Shown here: positions 19,381 through 29,052 of the stretch, piece after piece
Position numbering within the stretch: the first letter of the stretch is position 1
Layout: each line of letters starts with the position of its first letter
Assembly: GCA_045110285.1 (NCBI GenBank)
Contig: JBGCGA010000013.1
Location: 28,733 to 92,732, forward strand
DNA: 64,000 nt
DNA from: Crocinitomicaceae bacterium
Lineage (GTDB): Bacteria > Bacteroidota > Bacteroidia > Flavobacteriales_D > Crocinitomicaceae
Reading direction: 5' to 3'
Notes under the pieces: generated by a model
Database searches by the model: none
Told to the model about the DNA's origin: nothing
The model's input: the letters and a program-made list of their open reading frames with translations, nothing else
Position numbers and translations under genes: made by a program

Positions 19381-20054
19381 TGGGAAAGCTTTTTGTAGTA
19401 CCTACTCCAATTGGAAATTTGGAAGATATGACTTTTAGAGCCATCCGAGTTTTAAAGGAAGTGGATGCTATTTTAGCGGAAGATACCAGAGTCACGGGTA
19501 AATTACTCAATCACTACGAAATATCGAATAAATTAATTGCTCACCATATGAACAATGAGCACAAAACAATTGATAGATTAGTTGAAGAATTGCAATCAGG
19601 ATTAAATTACGCAGTTGTTACAGATGCTGGAACTCCAGCTATTTCCGACCCAGGTTTTTTATTGGTGCGTGCTTGCGTTGAAGCCGACATTGAAGTTGAT
19701 TGTTTACCTGGTGCTACAGCATTTGTACCTGCTATAGTGAATAGTGGATTTCCTTGCGAGAAATTTAATTACATTGGATTTTTACCGCATAAAAAAGGAC
19801 GAGAAACCATTGCAAAAATGCTTGAAACCTCAGATAGAACAACAGTGATGTATGAGTCTCCGCACCGAGTACTAAAAACATTAAAATTATTTGGTTCAAT
19901 TTTTCAAGACAATCGACGAATCTCAATTTCACGTGAAATTTCTAAAAAATTCGAAGAAACCATACGTGGTACTGCGATAGAATTACTAGAACACTTTGAA
20001 AACAAACCTCCAAAAGGTGAATTCGTCATTGTAGTTGAAGGTAAAAACAAGTAG
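19380..20054 (+). CDS. rsmI: 16S rRNA C1402 2'-O-methyltransferase
   Basis: VPTPIGNLEDMT, AEDTR, DAGTPAISDPG, YESPHR, KGEF. Confidence 0.96.
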   Translation: MGKLFVVPTPIGNLEDMTFRAIRVLKEVDAILAEDTRVTGKLLNHYEISNKLIAHHMNNEHKTIDRLVEELQSGLNYAVVTDAGTPAISDPGFLLVRACVEADIEVDCLPGATAFVPAIVNSGFPCEKFNYIGFLPHKKGRETIAKMLETSDRTTVMYESPHRVLKTLKLFGSIFQDNRRISISREISKKFEETIRGTAIELLEHFENKPPKGEFVIVVEGKNK

Positions 20055-20137
20055 ATTTAAAAAAAGAATTGCGAATTATTTGATAAATGAGTTCGTTATA
20101 CTTGAACTCATGCTTAGACTTTAAAAAAAATACACAA

Positions 20138-21160
20138 ATGAAAGCCATATATTTAATTCAAAAGGGAGCTGCAAACAAGGCTTTTGAAATTAGGGATACA
20201 AAAAAACCGATTGTAAAAGCAAAAGATGACATTTTAATCAAAGTGGAAGCTTTTGGTTTAAATTATGCAGATGTAATGGCTCGGCATGGAAATTATAAGG
20301 AAGCACCACCTTTTCCAGCAATTATGGGTTATGAAGTGGTTGGTGTGGTTGAAGCCGTGAATTCAGATGAAAACGCCTTTTTAGTTGGTAAACGGGTCGT
20401 TGGATTTACACGTTTTGGAGGATACGCTGAATTTGCTCTTTCTAAAGATTTTGGAGTAACCGTAATTGACGATATGAATGCTGGAACAGCATTATGTATT
20501 GCCACTCAATATGTGACCGCGTACTATATGGCCTTTGTTAGTACTAATTTGTATTCAGGTGACAATGTTTTAGTGCATGCAGGAGCTGGCGGAGTTGGTA
20601 CTGCATTAATTCAACTTTGTAAACTAAAAGGCTGCACTGTTTTTGCGACAGCAGGTTCTGACGAAAAAATCGAATATGTTAAACAACAGGGAGCAGATTT
20701 TGGTATTAACTATAAAGCAGTCGACTATGAAAAAACAGCACATGACTTGTTGAAAAATGAAAGGCTTGACGCAACATTTAATCCAATTGCTGGCTCAACT
20801 TTCAAGAAAGACTTTAATTTAATTGGTTCCGGCGGACGAGTGATTTTATTTGGTGGTTCTGAATTGTCTGGAAAAAAATGGGGACCACTATCTGGTTTAA
20901 ATTTTGTTCGAAAAATGGGCTTCAGATTAGCTATAGGACTAATGATGCGCTCGAAAAGCATTATTGGAGTTAATATGTTAAAGATTGGAGACAACAAGCC
21001 ACAAATGCTTCATTATTGCTTAACAGAAGTGACCAAGTTAATTAAAGATGGCAAGCTGAAACCTCATGTAGGCGCCATATTTTCCGCCAGTGAAATAGCA
21101 GAAGCTCATACAATGCTTGAGAATAGACAATCGATAGGTAAAGTGATTGTCAAGTGGTAA
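20138..21160 (+). CDS. MDR-family NADPH:quinone oxidoreductase (VAT-1/zeta-crystallin-like)
   Basis: Likely start MKAIYL at 20138; GLNYAD, GYEVVG, HAGAGGVG, GKVIV. Confidence 0.88.
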   Translation: MKAIYLIQKGAANKAFEIRDTKKPIVKAKDDILIKVEAFGLNYADVMARHGNYKEAPPFPAIMGYEVVGVVEAVNSDENAFLVGKRVVGFTRFGGYAEFALSKDFGVTVIDDMNAGTALCIATQYVTAYYMAFVSTNLYSGDNVLVHAGAGGVGTALIQLCKLKGCTVFATAGSDEKIEYVKQQGADFGINYKAVDYEKTAHDLLKNERLDATFNPIAGSTFKKDFNLIGSGGRVILFGGSELSGKKWGPLSGLNFVRKMGFRLAIGLMMRSKSIIGVNMLKIGDNKPQMLHYCLTEVTKLIKDGKLKPHVGAIFSASEIAEAHTMLENRQSIGKVIVKW

Positions 21161-21322
21161 AAAAAAGCAAAGATTCATGAGTAATTTGCAACTAACAGGG
21201 CAGATTTAGTTTTTTTTATTTTTTAGGACTTCAAGTCAGCACTGTTTTCGTTTAGAAATTTGCTAATCAATTTGTGCTAATTTCATTATCTTTAACAAAT
21301 ACCTTAATTTTAAACCAATTTC

Positions 21323-24300
21323 ATGATACAACCACTACTCAAAACTACCTTTCTCGTTTTTGTTTTATTATTTTCATTCACCGCAAAAACTATAGCTCAA
21401 AATACCTTGCCGCTGCTTTTCAAGTCTGGTCAAGTAGATTTAAGCAAAAATCTAGAAACCTCAAAAAAATCATTTGAGTCTGCACGCCTTAATTCAAACA
21501 ATGACAACTATAGAATCATACAATTCGCACAAATTCCATCAACAGAAATAAAAAAAGAGTTGAAAACAGCTGGAATTGAACTTTTGAACTATGTCCCAAA
21601 AAACGCTTACTACGCAAAAATTAGTAAATCAGCAGATTGGAGCATTCTTGAAAACAGCAATGTATACAGTGTTACTGAAATAAAAAATGAGTACAAGCTA
21701 TCAAAAGATTTCGCAGCAAAAAAATATAATGATTGGGCAGTGAGTAGCGGAAATTATATCAGTGTAAATGCAGTTTTCTTCGCCACCGTAACAAAAGAAA
21801 AAGCGCAACTAATCCTCAGCAAACTAGAAGTACAAAATTTGACGATTAATGATGTGAAAATTGCAAGCTTTAAAGTTAAAATCGATCAACTCAACGAGCT
21901 ATTTGCCTTACCAATTTTCTATTACTTCGAACAAATTGATCCTCCAAGCGAGCCTGAAAACTTAAGAGAAACAACTAACCACAGAGGAAATAATTTAGCC
22001 ACAGCTTATACAAATGGTTTAAAACTTGACGGAACAGGTGTAACAGTAATGTTGCAAGACAATAGTAGGCTCGACGATCATATTGATTATACGGGTCGTT
22101 TTTTCAATAACGCTTCAGCTACTAATAGTGGCGATCACGGAGAGCATTGTGGTGGTACCATTGCGGGAGCAGGAAATTTAGATCCTACGGCAAGAGGAAT
22201 GGCATTTGGAGCTGAAGTATTGGTTTACAGTCCGACAGATGCCAATTATAACAGTGTCCCCAATTTAGTAGTGAATAGCAATTTAACCATTACTTCAAAA
22301 AGTTACGGTGGTGGCTTAAATGCTGGATACAATACTATAGCCAGTACCCTTGATCAACAAGTTAGAAACTACCCTTCTTTAATCCATGTATTCTCTGCAG
22401 GTAATTCAAATAATTCAGGAAATACTGCGGCAGGCGGACAATGGTTTAATATTACGGGTGGACACAAATCGGCAAAAAATGTTTTAGCAGTTGGCAATGT
22501 TTTATTTAGTGATGGAATTGCAGGCTCAAGCAGTAGAGGCCCAAGTGAAGATGGAAGAATAAAGCCAGATATTTGTGCTGTTGGTACAAGTGTATTTTCA
22601 ACTGTTGATCCGAATAATTATGACACAAAAACAGGAACATCAATGGCTTGTCCTGGTGTTGCAGGCACTTTAGCTCAATTATATCAAGGTTATAAAGAAC
22701 TTAATGGCGGACAGAATCCTGATGCGGCCCTCATGAAAGGATCTATTTTAAACACAGCGGACGACCTTGGGAATGTTGGTCCAGACTATATTTATGGTTG
22801 GGGAAGAATCAACGCTAGACGTGCATACCAAGTGATTAGAGATAACCAGTACTTTACTGATGAAATTTCTCAAGGAAATAATTTACAACATAATATTATA
22901 GTGCCAGCTGGAATATCTCAAGTAAAAGTAATGGTTTATTGGTCAGATTATGAAGCCTCAATAACTGCAAGTCAAGCATTAGTGAATGATATAAATATGA
23001 CGATTACTGACCCAACAGGCGGAATTAATTTACCATGGGTTTTAAATAACACAGCAAATTCAGTACTCTTAAATACTCCTGCAATTAATGCCGTTGATGA
23101 TGACAATAACATGGAACAGATTGTAATTGACAATCCTACAGCTGGAAATTATATAGTAGATCTTGAAGGGTTTTCTATTCCGTTCGGACCACAAAAGTAC
23201 TTTGTAGTATATGAGTATTTAACTGATGATGTTGTTTTAACCTATCCTATTGGAGGAGAAAGTTTTGACCCAACTAAAACCGAGATAGTCCGTTGGGATG
23301 CGCTGCACAATAATGGCACATTTGCACTTGAATATTCTGAAGATAACGGTGTAAACTGGACTATGATCAGCAATAATATTGCTGCCAATCGAAGATTTTT
23401 CTCTTGGAATGTACCTTCAATAGTATCAGGAAAAGTACTGATGAGAATTACTCGAAATAACTCAAGCAGTCAAAGCCATAAAGTATTTAGCATTATTGAT
23501 GTGCCAACAGGTTTAGAAGTATTAACCGTATGCCCCGACTCGGCAACACTTACATGGGATCCTGTTGTTGGAGCAACATCATACGAAGTTAGCCTACTAG
23601 GTAGCCTGTATATGGATTCAGTTGGTGTTTCAACTACCAACACAATAACAATTCCTCATTCGTCTGCAGATGATTTTTGGTGGAGTGTTAAGGCTATTGG
23701 CCCCGATAGCACAATAGGTAGAAGAGCAATCGCTGAATACCAGTCTTCAGGAATATTTAATTGTATTTTAGATACGGATGTGAAACTTTATGATCCTCAA
23801 TTTTTAAATGGAAGAACAATTCTAAGTTGTATGGAGCCAGATGCTATTGAAATTGGAATTACACTTGTGAACAGAGGCACTACCCCTCTTTCTAATATTC
23901 CGGTGAGTTATGAACTAAATGGTGCGAATACAACTAACGAAATTTATACTGGAACCATTCAACCATTAGATAGCTTTTATTACAGTTTTAGCACCCAAAT
24001 ATCTGTTTCATTTGGTGTCAATAACCTTGAAATTTGGGCCAATTACCCAGGTGATCAAAATGCATTTAATGATGAAATTACTTCAGTATTTACATACTCA
24101 AATGCCAGTCCTGAAACCCTTCCGTTTTTCGAAGATTTTGAAAGTTTTTCGCTGTGCAATACCAGCAGTGATTGTGAGATTGAAGTATGTCAGCTCGGAA
24201 ATAATTTTATTAATTCTGCAAATGGATCGGTAGATGATATAGATTGGAGAACAAATGAAGGCATAACCCCATCTCAATCAACAGGTCCCTCAACAGATTA

Positions 24301-24919
24301 TAATCCGGGAACAAACACGGGTAATTACTTATATCTTGAACCTTCTGCAACACCTATTTGCGCGCTCAAAGAGGCGCATTTGGTGACACCATGTATTGAT
24401 TTGTCTGATGGAGGAATTTTAACTTTTGCTTACCATATGTACGGTGGAGATATGGGGGAACTACATGTTGATATTCTTGTAAATGGAACATGGATAAATG
24501 ATATTATGCCAATGATTAGCGGAAATAGAGGAACATTTTGGAGAACAGAAGATATTAATTTAAATCCGTATGCAGGAAACATTGTAAATATTAGATTTAG
24601 GGGTATCACAGGTGATAATTTCCGAAGTGATTTAGCCATTGATGATATTAAAATTTCAAGTTCTTTATCAGTTACTGAAAATAAGACAGGAGACTTTAAA
24701 TTATTCCCTAATCCAAGTACTGGAGTGATTTATTATGAAACTGATGAGAGCGAAATTTCTAAAATTTCAGTTGTAGATGTTAATGGAAAAGTAGTTTACT
24801 CTAAAACTACTTATGATGGAAATGGAACGATTGACCTTTCGCATGTGTCCACTGGCTTTTACTTCGTGAAAATATTAATGGCCAATGAAAGTATAGTGAA
24901 GAAAATATTAGTTGAGTAA
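21323..24919 (+). CDS. S8 subtilisin-like protease with FN3, CARDB-like and MAM domains and a T9SS C-terminal domain
   Basis: HGEHCGG (His), SAGN, GTSMACP (Ser); MAM-like FAYHMYG..G.L and DLAIDDI; CTD LFPNPS...GFYFVK...KKILVE. Confidence 0.92.
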   Translation: MIQPLLKTTFLVFVLLFSFTAKTIAQNTLPLLFKSGQVDLSKNLETSKKSFESARLNSNNDNYRIIQFAQIPSTEIKKELKTAGIELLNYVPKNAYYAKISKSADWSILENSNVYSVTEIKNEYKLSKDFAAKKYNDWAVSSGNYISVNAVFFATVTKEKAQLILSKLEVQNLTINDVKIASFKVKIDQLNELFALPIFYYFEQIDPPSEPENLRETTNHRGNNLATAYTNGLKLDGTGVTVMLQDNSRLDDHIDYTGRFFNNASATNSGDHGEHCGGTIAGAGNLDPTARGMAFGAEVLVYSPTDANYNSVPNLVVNSNLTITSKSYGGGLNAGYNTIASTLDQQVRNYPSLIHVFSAGNSNNSGNTAAGGQWFNITGGHKSAKNVLAVGNVLFSDGIAGSSSRGPSEDGRIKPDICAVGTSVFSTVDPNNYDTKTGTSMACPGVAGTLAQLYQGYKELNGGQNPDAALMKGSILNTADDLGNVGPDYIYGWGRINARRAYQVIRDNQYFTDEISQGNNLQHNIIVPAGISQVKVMVYWSDYEASITASQALVNDINMTITDPTGGINLPWVLNNTANSVLLNTPAINAVDDDNNMEQIVIDNPTAGNYIVDLEGFSIPFGPQKYFVVYEYLTDDVVLTYPIGGESFDPTKTEIVRWDALHNNGTFALEYSEDNGVNWTMISNNIAANRRFFSWNVPSIVSGKVLMRITRNNSSSQSHKVFSIIDVPTGLEVLTVCPDSATLTWDPVVGATSYEVSLLGSLYMDSVGVSTTNTITIPHSSADDFWWSVKAIGPDSTIGRRAIAEYQSSGIFNCILDTDVKLYDPQFLNGRTILSCMEPDAIEIGITLVNRGTTPLSNIPVSYELNGANTTNEIYTGTIQPLDSFYYSFSTQISVSFGVNNLEIWANYPGDQNAFNDEITSVFTYSNASPETLPFFEDFESFSLCNTSSDCEIEVCQLGNNFINSANGSVDDIDWRTNEGITPSQSTGPSTDYNPGTNTGNYLYLEPSATPICALKEAHLVTPCIDLSDGGILTFAYHMYGGDMGELHVDILVNGTWINDIMPMISGNRGTFWRTEDINLNPYAGNIVNIRFRGITGDNFRSDLAIDDIKISSSLSVTENKTGDFKLFPNPSTGVIYYETDESEISKISVVDVNGKVVYSKTTYDGNGTIDLSHVSTGFYFVKILMANESIVKKILVE

Positions 24920-24933
24920 AATCAATTGCCAGC

Positions 24934-24972
24934 AAAAAAAATGGCGTACACTTCTGTACGCCATTTTTTTTT
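24934..24972. terminator. Bidirectional intrinsic terminator
   Basis: A-run, TGGCGTACA-cttc-TGTACGCCA, T-run, between the convergent protease and htpG genes. Confidence 0.9.
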
Positions 24973-24990
24973 CGTTTGTATTATTTAAAT

Positions 24991-26886
24991 TTAGTCGATT
25001 AGCTCTACACTTCTATTAATGAATTTCGACAGCTCTTCTCCCTTCAACATTCCTTGCGACAATAGCGCAAGATCTGACAATTGTTTAGCTAATTTAGCTT
25101 TATTGTCTCCTTTTTTACGGAGTAAAGTTCCAACAGCTGGATGATTGGCATTGACCACAAAGTTGTACATTTCTGGAAATGCACCCATCATCATTCCACC
25201 GCCACCTAGCTTTTGCTGCTCCATCATTCGCCGCATAAACTCAGGTTGTGTTATTATTACTGGCGCTTCTGTCTCGCTCATGTTTTCAAATTGAATGGTA
25301 AATTTTTCTTTATTTACCGATCCTTCAAATAAAGGCTTTAACTTTTCTTTTTCTTCATCAGATAATTTAGAAGGTATTTCTACATCCGTTTTAATCAAAT
25401 TATCAAGAGTGTCAGCATCTACTCTGGCAAAGTTTACTTTTTCAAGGTTACCTTCTAATTTTGCAATGAAGTGAGGAGTTAATGGACTGTCAAACAAAAC
25501 AACATCATACCCTCTTTCGTTTGCATTAGCAATAAATTGGTGATGTGCTTCCTGACTATTGGCATAAAGAACAACCAAATTACCGTCTTTATCCGTTTGC
25601 GTCGCTTTTACTTTCTCTTGATATTCTTCAATTGTATAAAAAGAGCCATCAGTACTTTTTAACAGAGTGAATTTGTCTGCTTTTTCAGCAAATTTATCAT
25701 CAGTTAAAGTTCCGTATTCAACAAATACTTTTAAATCATCCCATTTCTCTTCAAATCCTTTTCTGTCGTCGTTAAACATTGCCTTTAATTTGTCTGCCAC
25801 CTTTTTAGTGATATGCGAGGCAATTTTTTTTACGTTACCATCACTTTGTAAATATGAACGAGATACATTCAACGGAATATCAGGCGAATCAATTACACCA
25901 TGAAGTAGCGTTAAGAATTCAGGTACAATCTGTTCAACAGAATCAGTAATAAAAACTTGGTTACTGTAAAGTTGAATTTTATTTTTTTGAACTTCTACAT
26001 TCTCCTTTATTTTTGGAAAATATAATACACCTGTTAAGTTAAACGGGTAGTCAACATTAAGGTGAATATGAAATAGAGGCTCATCAAATGAAGCCGGGTA
26101 AAGTTCACGGTAAAACGACTTATATTCCTCATCAGTTAAATCAGCAGGAGCTTTTACCCATAAAGGTTTTGTATTGTTAATTACCTTTGGTGACTTTTCT
26201 TCTACTTGCTTTACTTTGCCCTCGTCATCCTTTTCTCCCTTAGGATCGTCGATCATTTCCGTTTTTTCACCAAAAACGATTTCAACTGGTAAAAACTTAC
26301 AGTATTTATTCAATAAAGTATCAATTCTTGCTTCTTCCAAAAACTCTAAAGAATCTTCAGCAATATGTAATACTATTTCAGCACCCCTATCTGCTTTATC
26401 AATTTCAGAAATTGAATATTCAGGTGTGCCATCACTTTCCCACATCACTGCTTTAGCGCCTTCTTTAAATGATAAGGTTTTTATTTGAACTTTATCTGCT
26501 ACCATAAAAGCAGAGTAAAATCCTAATCCGAAGTGACCAATAATTTGTTCTGCCCCTTCTTTCCCTTCATATTTTTTAACAAATTCTTCAGCTCCTGAGA
26601 ATGCTATTTGATTAATGTATTTTTCAATTTCTTCTTCTGTCAGTCCAATCCCTCTATCTTTTACAGTTAAGGTTTTTGCTTCTTTATCGATAGAAATTTC
26701 GATTCTAGTATCGCCTATATCTCCTTTTACTTCTCCAGCTCCGCTTAATACTTTTAATTTACTGGTAGAATCAACTGCATTCGAAACTAACTCTCTTAAA
26801 AATATTTCATGATCGCTGTATAAAAAGCGCTTAATCAGTGGAAAAATATTTTCCGTTTGTACATTTATTGTTCCTTTTGTTGCCAT
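24991..26886 (-). CDS. htpG: Hsp90 chaperone HtpG
   Basis: LYSDHEIFLRELVSNA, IGHFGLGFYSAF, DSPDIPLNVSRS. Confidence 0.97.
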   Translation of the reverse strand: MATKGTINVQTENIFPLIKRFLYSDHEIFLRELVSNAVDSTSKLKVLSGAGEVKGDIGDTRIEISIDKEAKTLTVKDRGIGLTEEEIEKYINQIAFSGAEEFVKKYEGKEGAEQIIGHFGLGFYSAFMVADKVQIKTLSFKEGAKAVMWESDGTPEYSISEIDKADRGAEIVLHIAEDSLEFLEEARIDTLLNKYCKFLPVEIVFGEKTEMIDDPKGEKDDEGKVKQVEEKSPKVINNTKPLWVKAPADLTDEEYKSFYRELYPASFDEPLFHIHLNVDYPFNLTGVLYFPKIKENVEVQKNKIQLYSNQVFITDSVEQIVPEFLTLLHGVIDSPDIPLNVSRSYLQSDGNVKKIASHITKKVADKLKAMFNDDRKGFEEKWDDLKVFVEYGTLTDDKFAEKADKFTLLKSTDGSFYTIEEYQEKVKATQTDKDGNLVVLYANSQEAHHQFIANANERGYDVVLFDSPLTPHFIAKLEGNLEKVNFARVDADTLDNLIKTDVEIPSKLSDEEKEKLKPLFEGSVNKEKFTIQFENMSETEAPVIITQPEFMRRMMEQQKLGGGGMMMGAFPEMYNFVVNANHPAVGTLLRKKGDNKAKLAKQLSDLALLSQGMLKGEELSKFINRSVELID

Positions 26887-26922
26887 AATTAGTGTTTAAT
26901 ATTTTTGGTCATTCCTTCTTTG

Positions 26923-26937
26923 TCAAAGTCTGTACCA
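26923..26937 (-). promoter_or_regulatory. Putative sigma54 promoter of htpG
   Basis: TGGTACAGACTTTGA (GG-N10-GA), 36 nt upstream of the ATG. Confidence 0.55.
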
Positions 26938-26989
26938 TTGATGAATCGCTGACAAAATGACTGAAATAAAGACTTAAATTCTGTAGTTG

Positions 26990-27004
26990 TGGCGACATTT
27001 TTGC
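26990..27004 (+). promoter_or_regulatory. Putative sigma54 promoter of the gene at 27090
   Basis: TGGCGACATTTTTGC (GG-N10-GC). Confidence 0.5.
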
Positions 27005-27089
27005 AGTATGATTTGTTTAAAATGTAACTAGCTGTTCAATAATTCCGTAAAAACAAGGGCTAACTTGCTTTGCATTAGTAAATAGAAAC

Positions 27090-27644
27090 ATGTTTAGAGT
27101 TCTTAAAATTGGTTTATTCTGTGGTTCACTGTTTTGGTCAGGCGCAATATTGGCTCAAAAAAACAACCAATTTGCTATAGGTTTAATGCCTGGCGGAAAC
27201 AATAGTCTATTGTCTTTTGCCATTGTTACCTATTCTGGCGGCACATATATTGGAACAAAGCGTTTGTCCGAGCAACAATTTATGTTTTTCGCGCTCGGTT
27301 ACTGGCCTACTCGAGCCAATCCAAACAAAGAAAACCTGTTTAAAAAGAATGGAATAAGAGGCGTTGAATTAACATATGATGATTTTGGCAAAGTAAATGG
27401 CTACACCAAAGGCCCTATTTTTCAACTATGGCGCATAAAATATATGAGTCATCCTGCTAGAAGAGATTTGCCGTCAGGCTGGAGTCAAAGTCCATATATG
27501 CCTAGTAAAAGCCAAGCTATCTATTTGTATGAAACCTATGGAGTTTTAAACGTAAACACCCATTTTTTTGTTGGCGAAAAATTATTTCAATTACTAAAAG
27601 ATGTGCAAGACCCTACTTGGGTAAGCGCCTACCAAGCCATATAA
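27090..27644 (+). CDS. Exported hypothetical protein
   Basis: Signal peptide ending ILA-Q; aromatic-rich 184-aa ORF. Confidence 0.8.
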   Translation: MFRVLKIGLFCGSLFWSGAILAQKNNQFAIGLMPGGNNSLLSFAIVTYSGGTYIGTKRLSEQQFMFFALGYWPTRANPNKENLFKKNGIRGVELTYDDFGKVNGYTKGPIFQLWRIKYMSHPARRDLPSGWSQSPYMPSKSQAIYLYETYGVLNVNTHFFVGEKLFQLLKDVQDPTWVSAYQAI

Positions 27645-27682
27645 TAAAAAACAGTATTTTTGTACTGTACATTTTAATAATT

Positions 27683-28735
27683 GTGAGCCAATCAACAAAT
27701 CCGCACCAAAAGCAAATTGATGCCTTAATTGCTAAAAAAAAGCAAAGACAAAACGCCCTGTCTGAAGATGAGATTAGCCGAAGAATTTTGGATGGAGACA
27801 TTAGTGCATTAAGTAGCGCAATTACTTTATTAGAAAGTACAAAAAAAAGTGACCAAATGATAGCACAGGCAATCATTAGTAATTGTATTCCGCAATCAGG
27901 CAAAAGCATTAGAATTGGAATTACAGGTGTGCCAGGCGTTGGCAAAAGTACTTTTATTGAATCTTTTGGCGAAGGATTGATTAAACAAGGAAAAAAAGTA
28001 GCCGTATTAGCCATTGATCCAAGCAGTGAAAGAACTGGCGGTAGTATTTTAGGAGATAAAACTAGAATGAACCAGTTAGCCATTAATCCGAACGCCTATA
28101 TCCGCCCTACTTCATCTTCGGGATCTCTTGGTGGTGTAGCTAGAAAAACCAGAGAAAGTATTATACTTTGTGAAGCGGCTGGTTTTGATACCATTTTAGT
28201 TGAAACAGTAGGTGTTGGCCAATCAGAAACTGCTGTACATTCCATGACTGACTTTTTTTTATTACTCATGTTAGCTGGCGCTGGAGACGAATTACAAGGA
28301 ATTAAGCGAGGGATAATGGAAATGGCTGATACGATTTTAATTACAAAAACAGATGGCGAAAACGTTAAGCAAGCCAATTTAGCTAGATTAGATTATAAAA
28401 ATGCACTGCACCTATTCCCTGCAAATGAAAACAATTGGATACCGAAAGTAGAAACGATTAGTGCCATTGAAAATTTTGGAATAGAAAAAGTAATCCAAAT
28501 AATTGACACTTTTAAAACTCAAACGGCTGATACGGGATTTTTTGACAAAAAAAGACAAACTCAGCAAGTGTATTGGATGCATGAAAGTTTAAAAGATTTG
28601 ATTTTAGACAAGGCATACAACAATGCTAACTTTAAGTCAAAAATAAAGAATTTCGAATCTGACCTTAAATCAGGAAAAATCAGTTCATTTGCAGCTGCAG
28701 AAGAACTATTTAAAAACATTAATAAAAATGACTGA
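27683..28735 (+). CDS. meaB: Methylmalonyl-CoA mutase-associated GTPase MeaB
   Basis: GITGVPGVGKS, DPSS..TGGSILGDKTRM, ETVGVGQSE, GDELQGIKRG. Likely GTG start at 27683, downstream of a TATTTTTG box (27655-27662). Confidence 0.93.
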   Translation: MSQSTNPHQKQIDALIAKKKQRQNALSEDEISRRILDGDISALSSAITLLESTKKSDQMIAQAIISNCIPQSGKSIRIGITGVPGVGKSTFIESFGEGLIKQGKKVAVLAIDPSSERTGGSILGDKTRMNQLAINPNAYIRPTSSSGSLGGVARKTRESIILCEAAGFDTILVETVGVGQSETAVHSMTDFFLLLMLAGAGDELQGIKRGIMEMADTILITKTDGENVKQANLARLDYKNALHLFPANENNWIPKVETISAIENFGIEKVIQIIDTFKTQTADTGFFDKKRQTQQVYWMHESLKDLILDKAYNNANFKSKIKNFESDLKSGKISSFAAAEELFKNINKND

Positions 28736-28946
28736 ATTAACATTTGAATTAAAAGAAGGACAGCCTTATATTGAATTAAATAAAGTATTGCAGATTCTTA
28801 AGTTGGCTCAAACCGGAGGTCATGCCAAAATTCTAATTCAAAACGAAGAAGTGAAGGTAAATGGCCAAACTGAGACCCGAGTTCGAAACAAACTGGTGAA
28901 GGGTGATTTAGTTGAGTGTGATGACAAAATTGTAAAGATTATCTAA
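28728..28946 (+). CDS. S4-domain RNA-binding protein (YbcJ/YaaA-like)
   Basis: YIELNKVL...TGGHAK...VKVNG...KL..GD; ATG at 28728 overlaps the end of meaB. Confidence 0.88.
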   Translation: MTELTFELKEGQPYIELNKVLQILKLAQTGGHAKILIQNEEVKVNGQTETRVRNKLVKGDLVECDDKIVKII

Positions 28947-29052
28947 TCACAAATAATTTATTTTCAGTACATTTAAACATTTTAATTTTATTGAAACAAA
29001 TGCTTGTGCTTGCATTTTGTGGAGTTGAATTAATCTGAATTACCTTAAATTT

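Noticed and set aside
25667-26812. Plus-strand ORFs inside htpG, and similar short antisense or alternate-frame ORFs throughout the window
   Set aside because: Fully overlap well-supported genes and have shadow-like composition with no motifs
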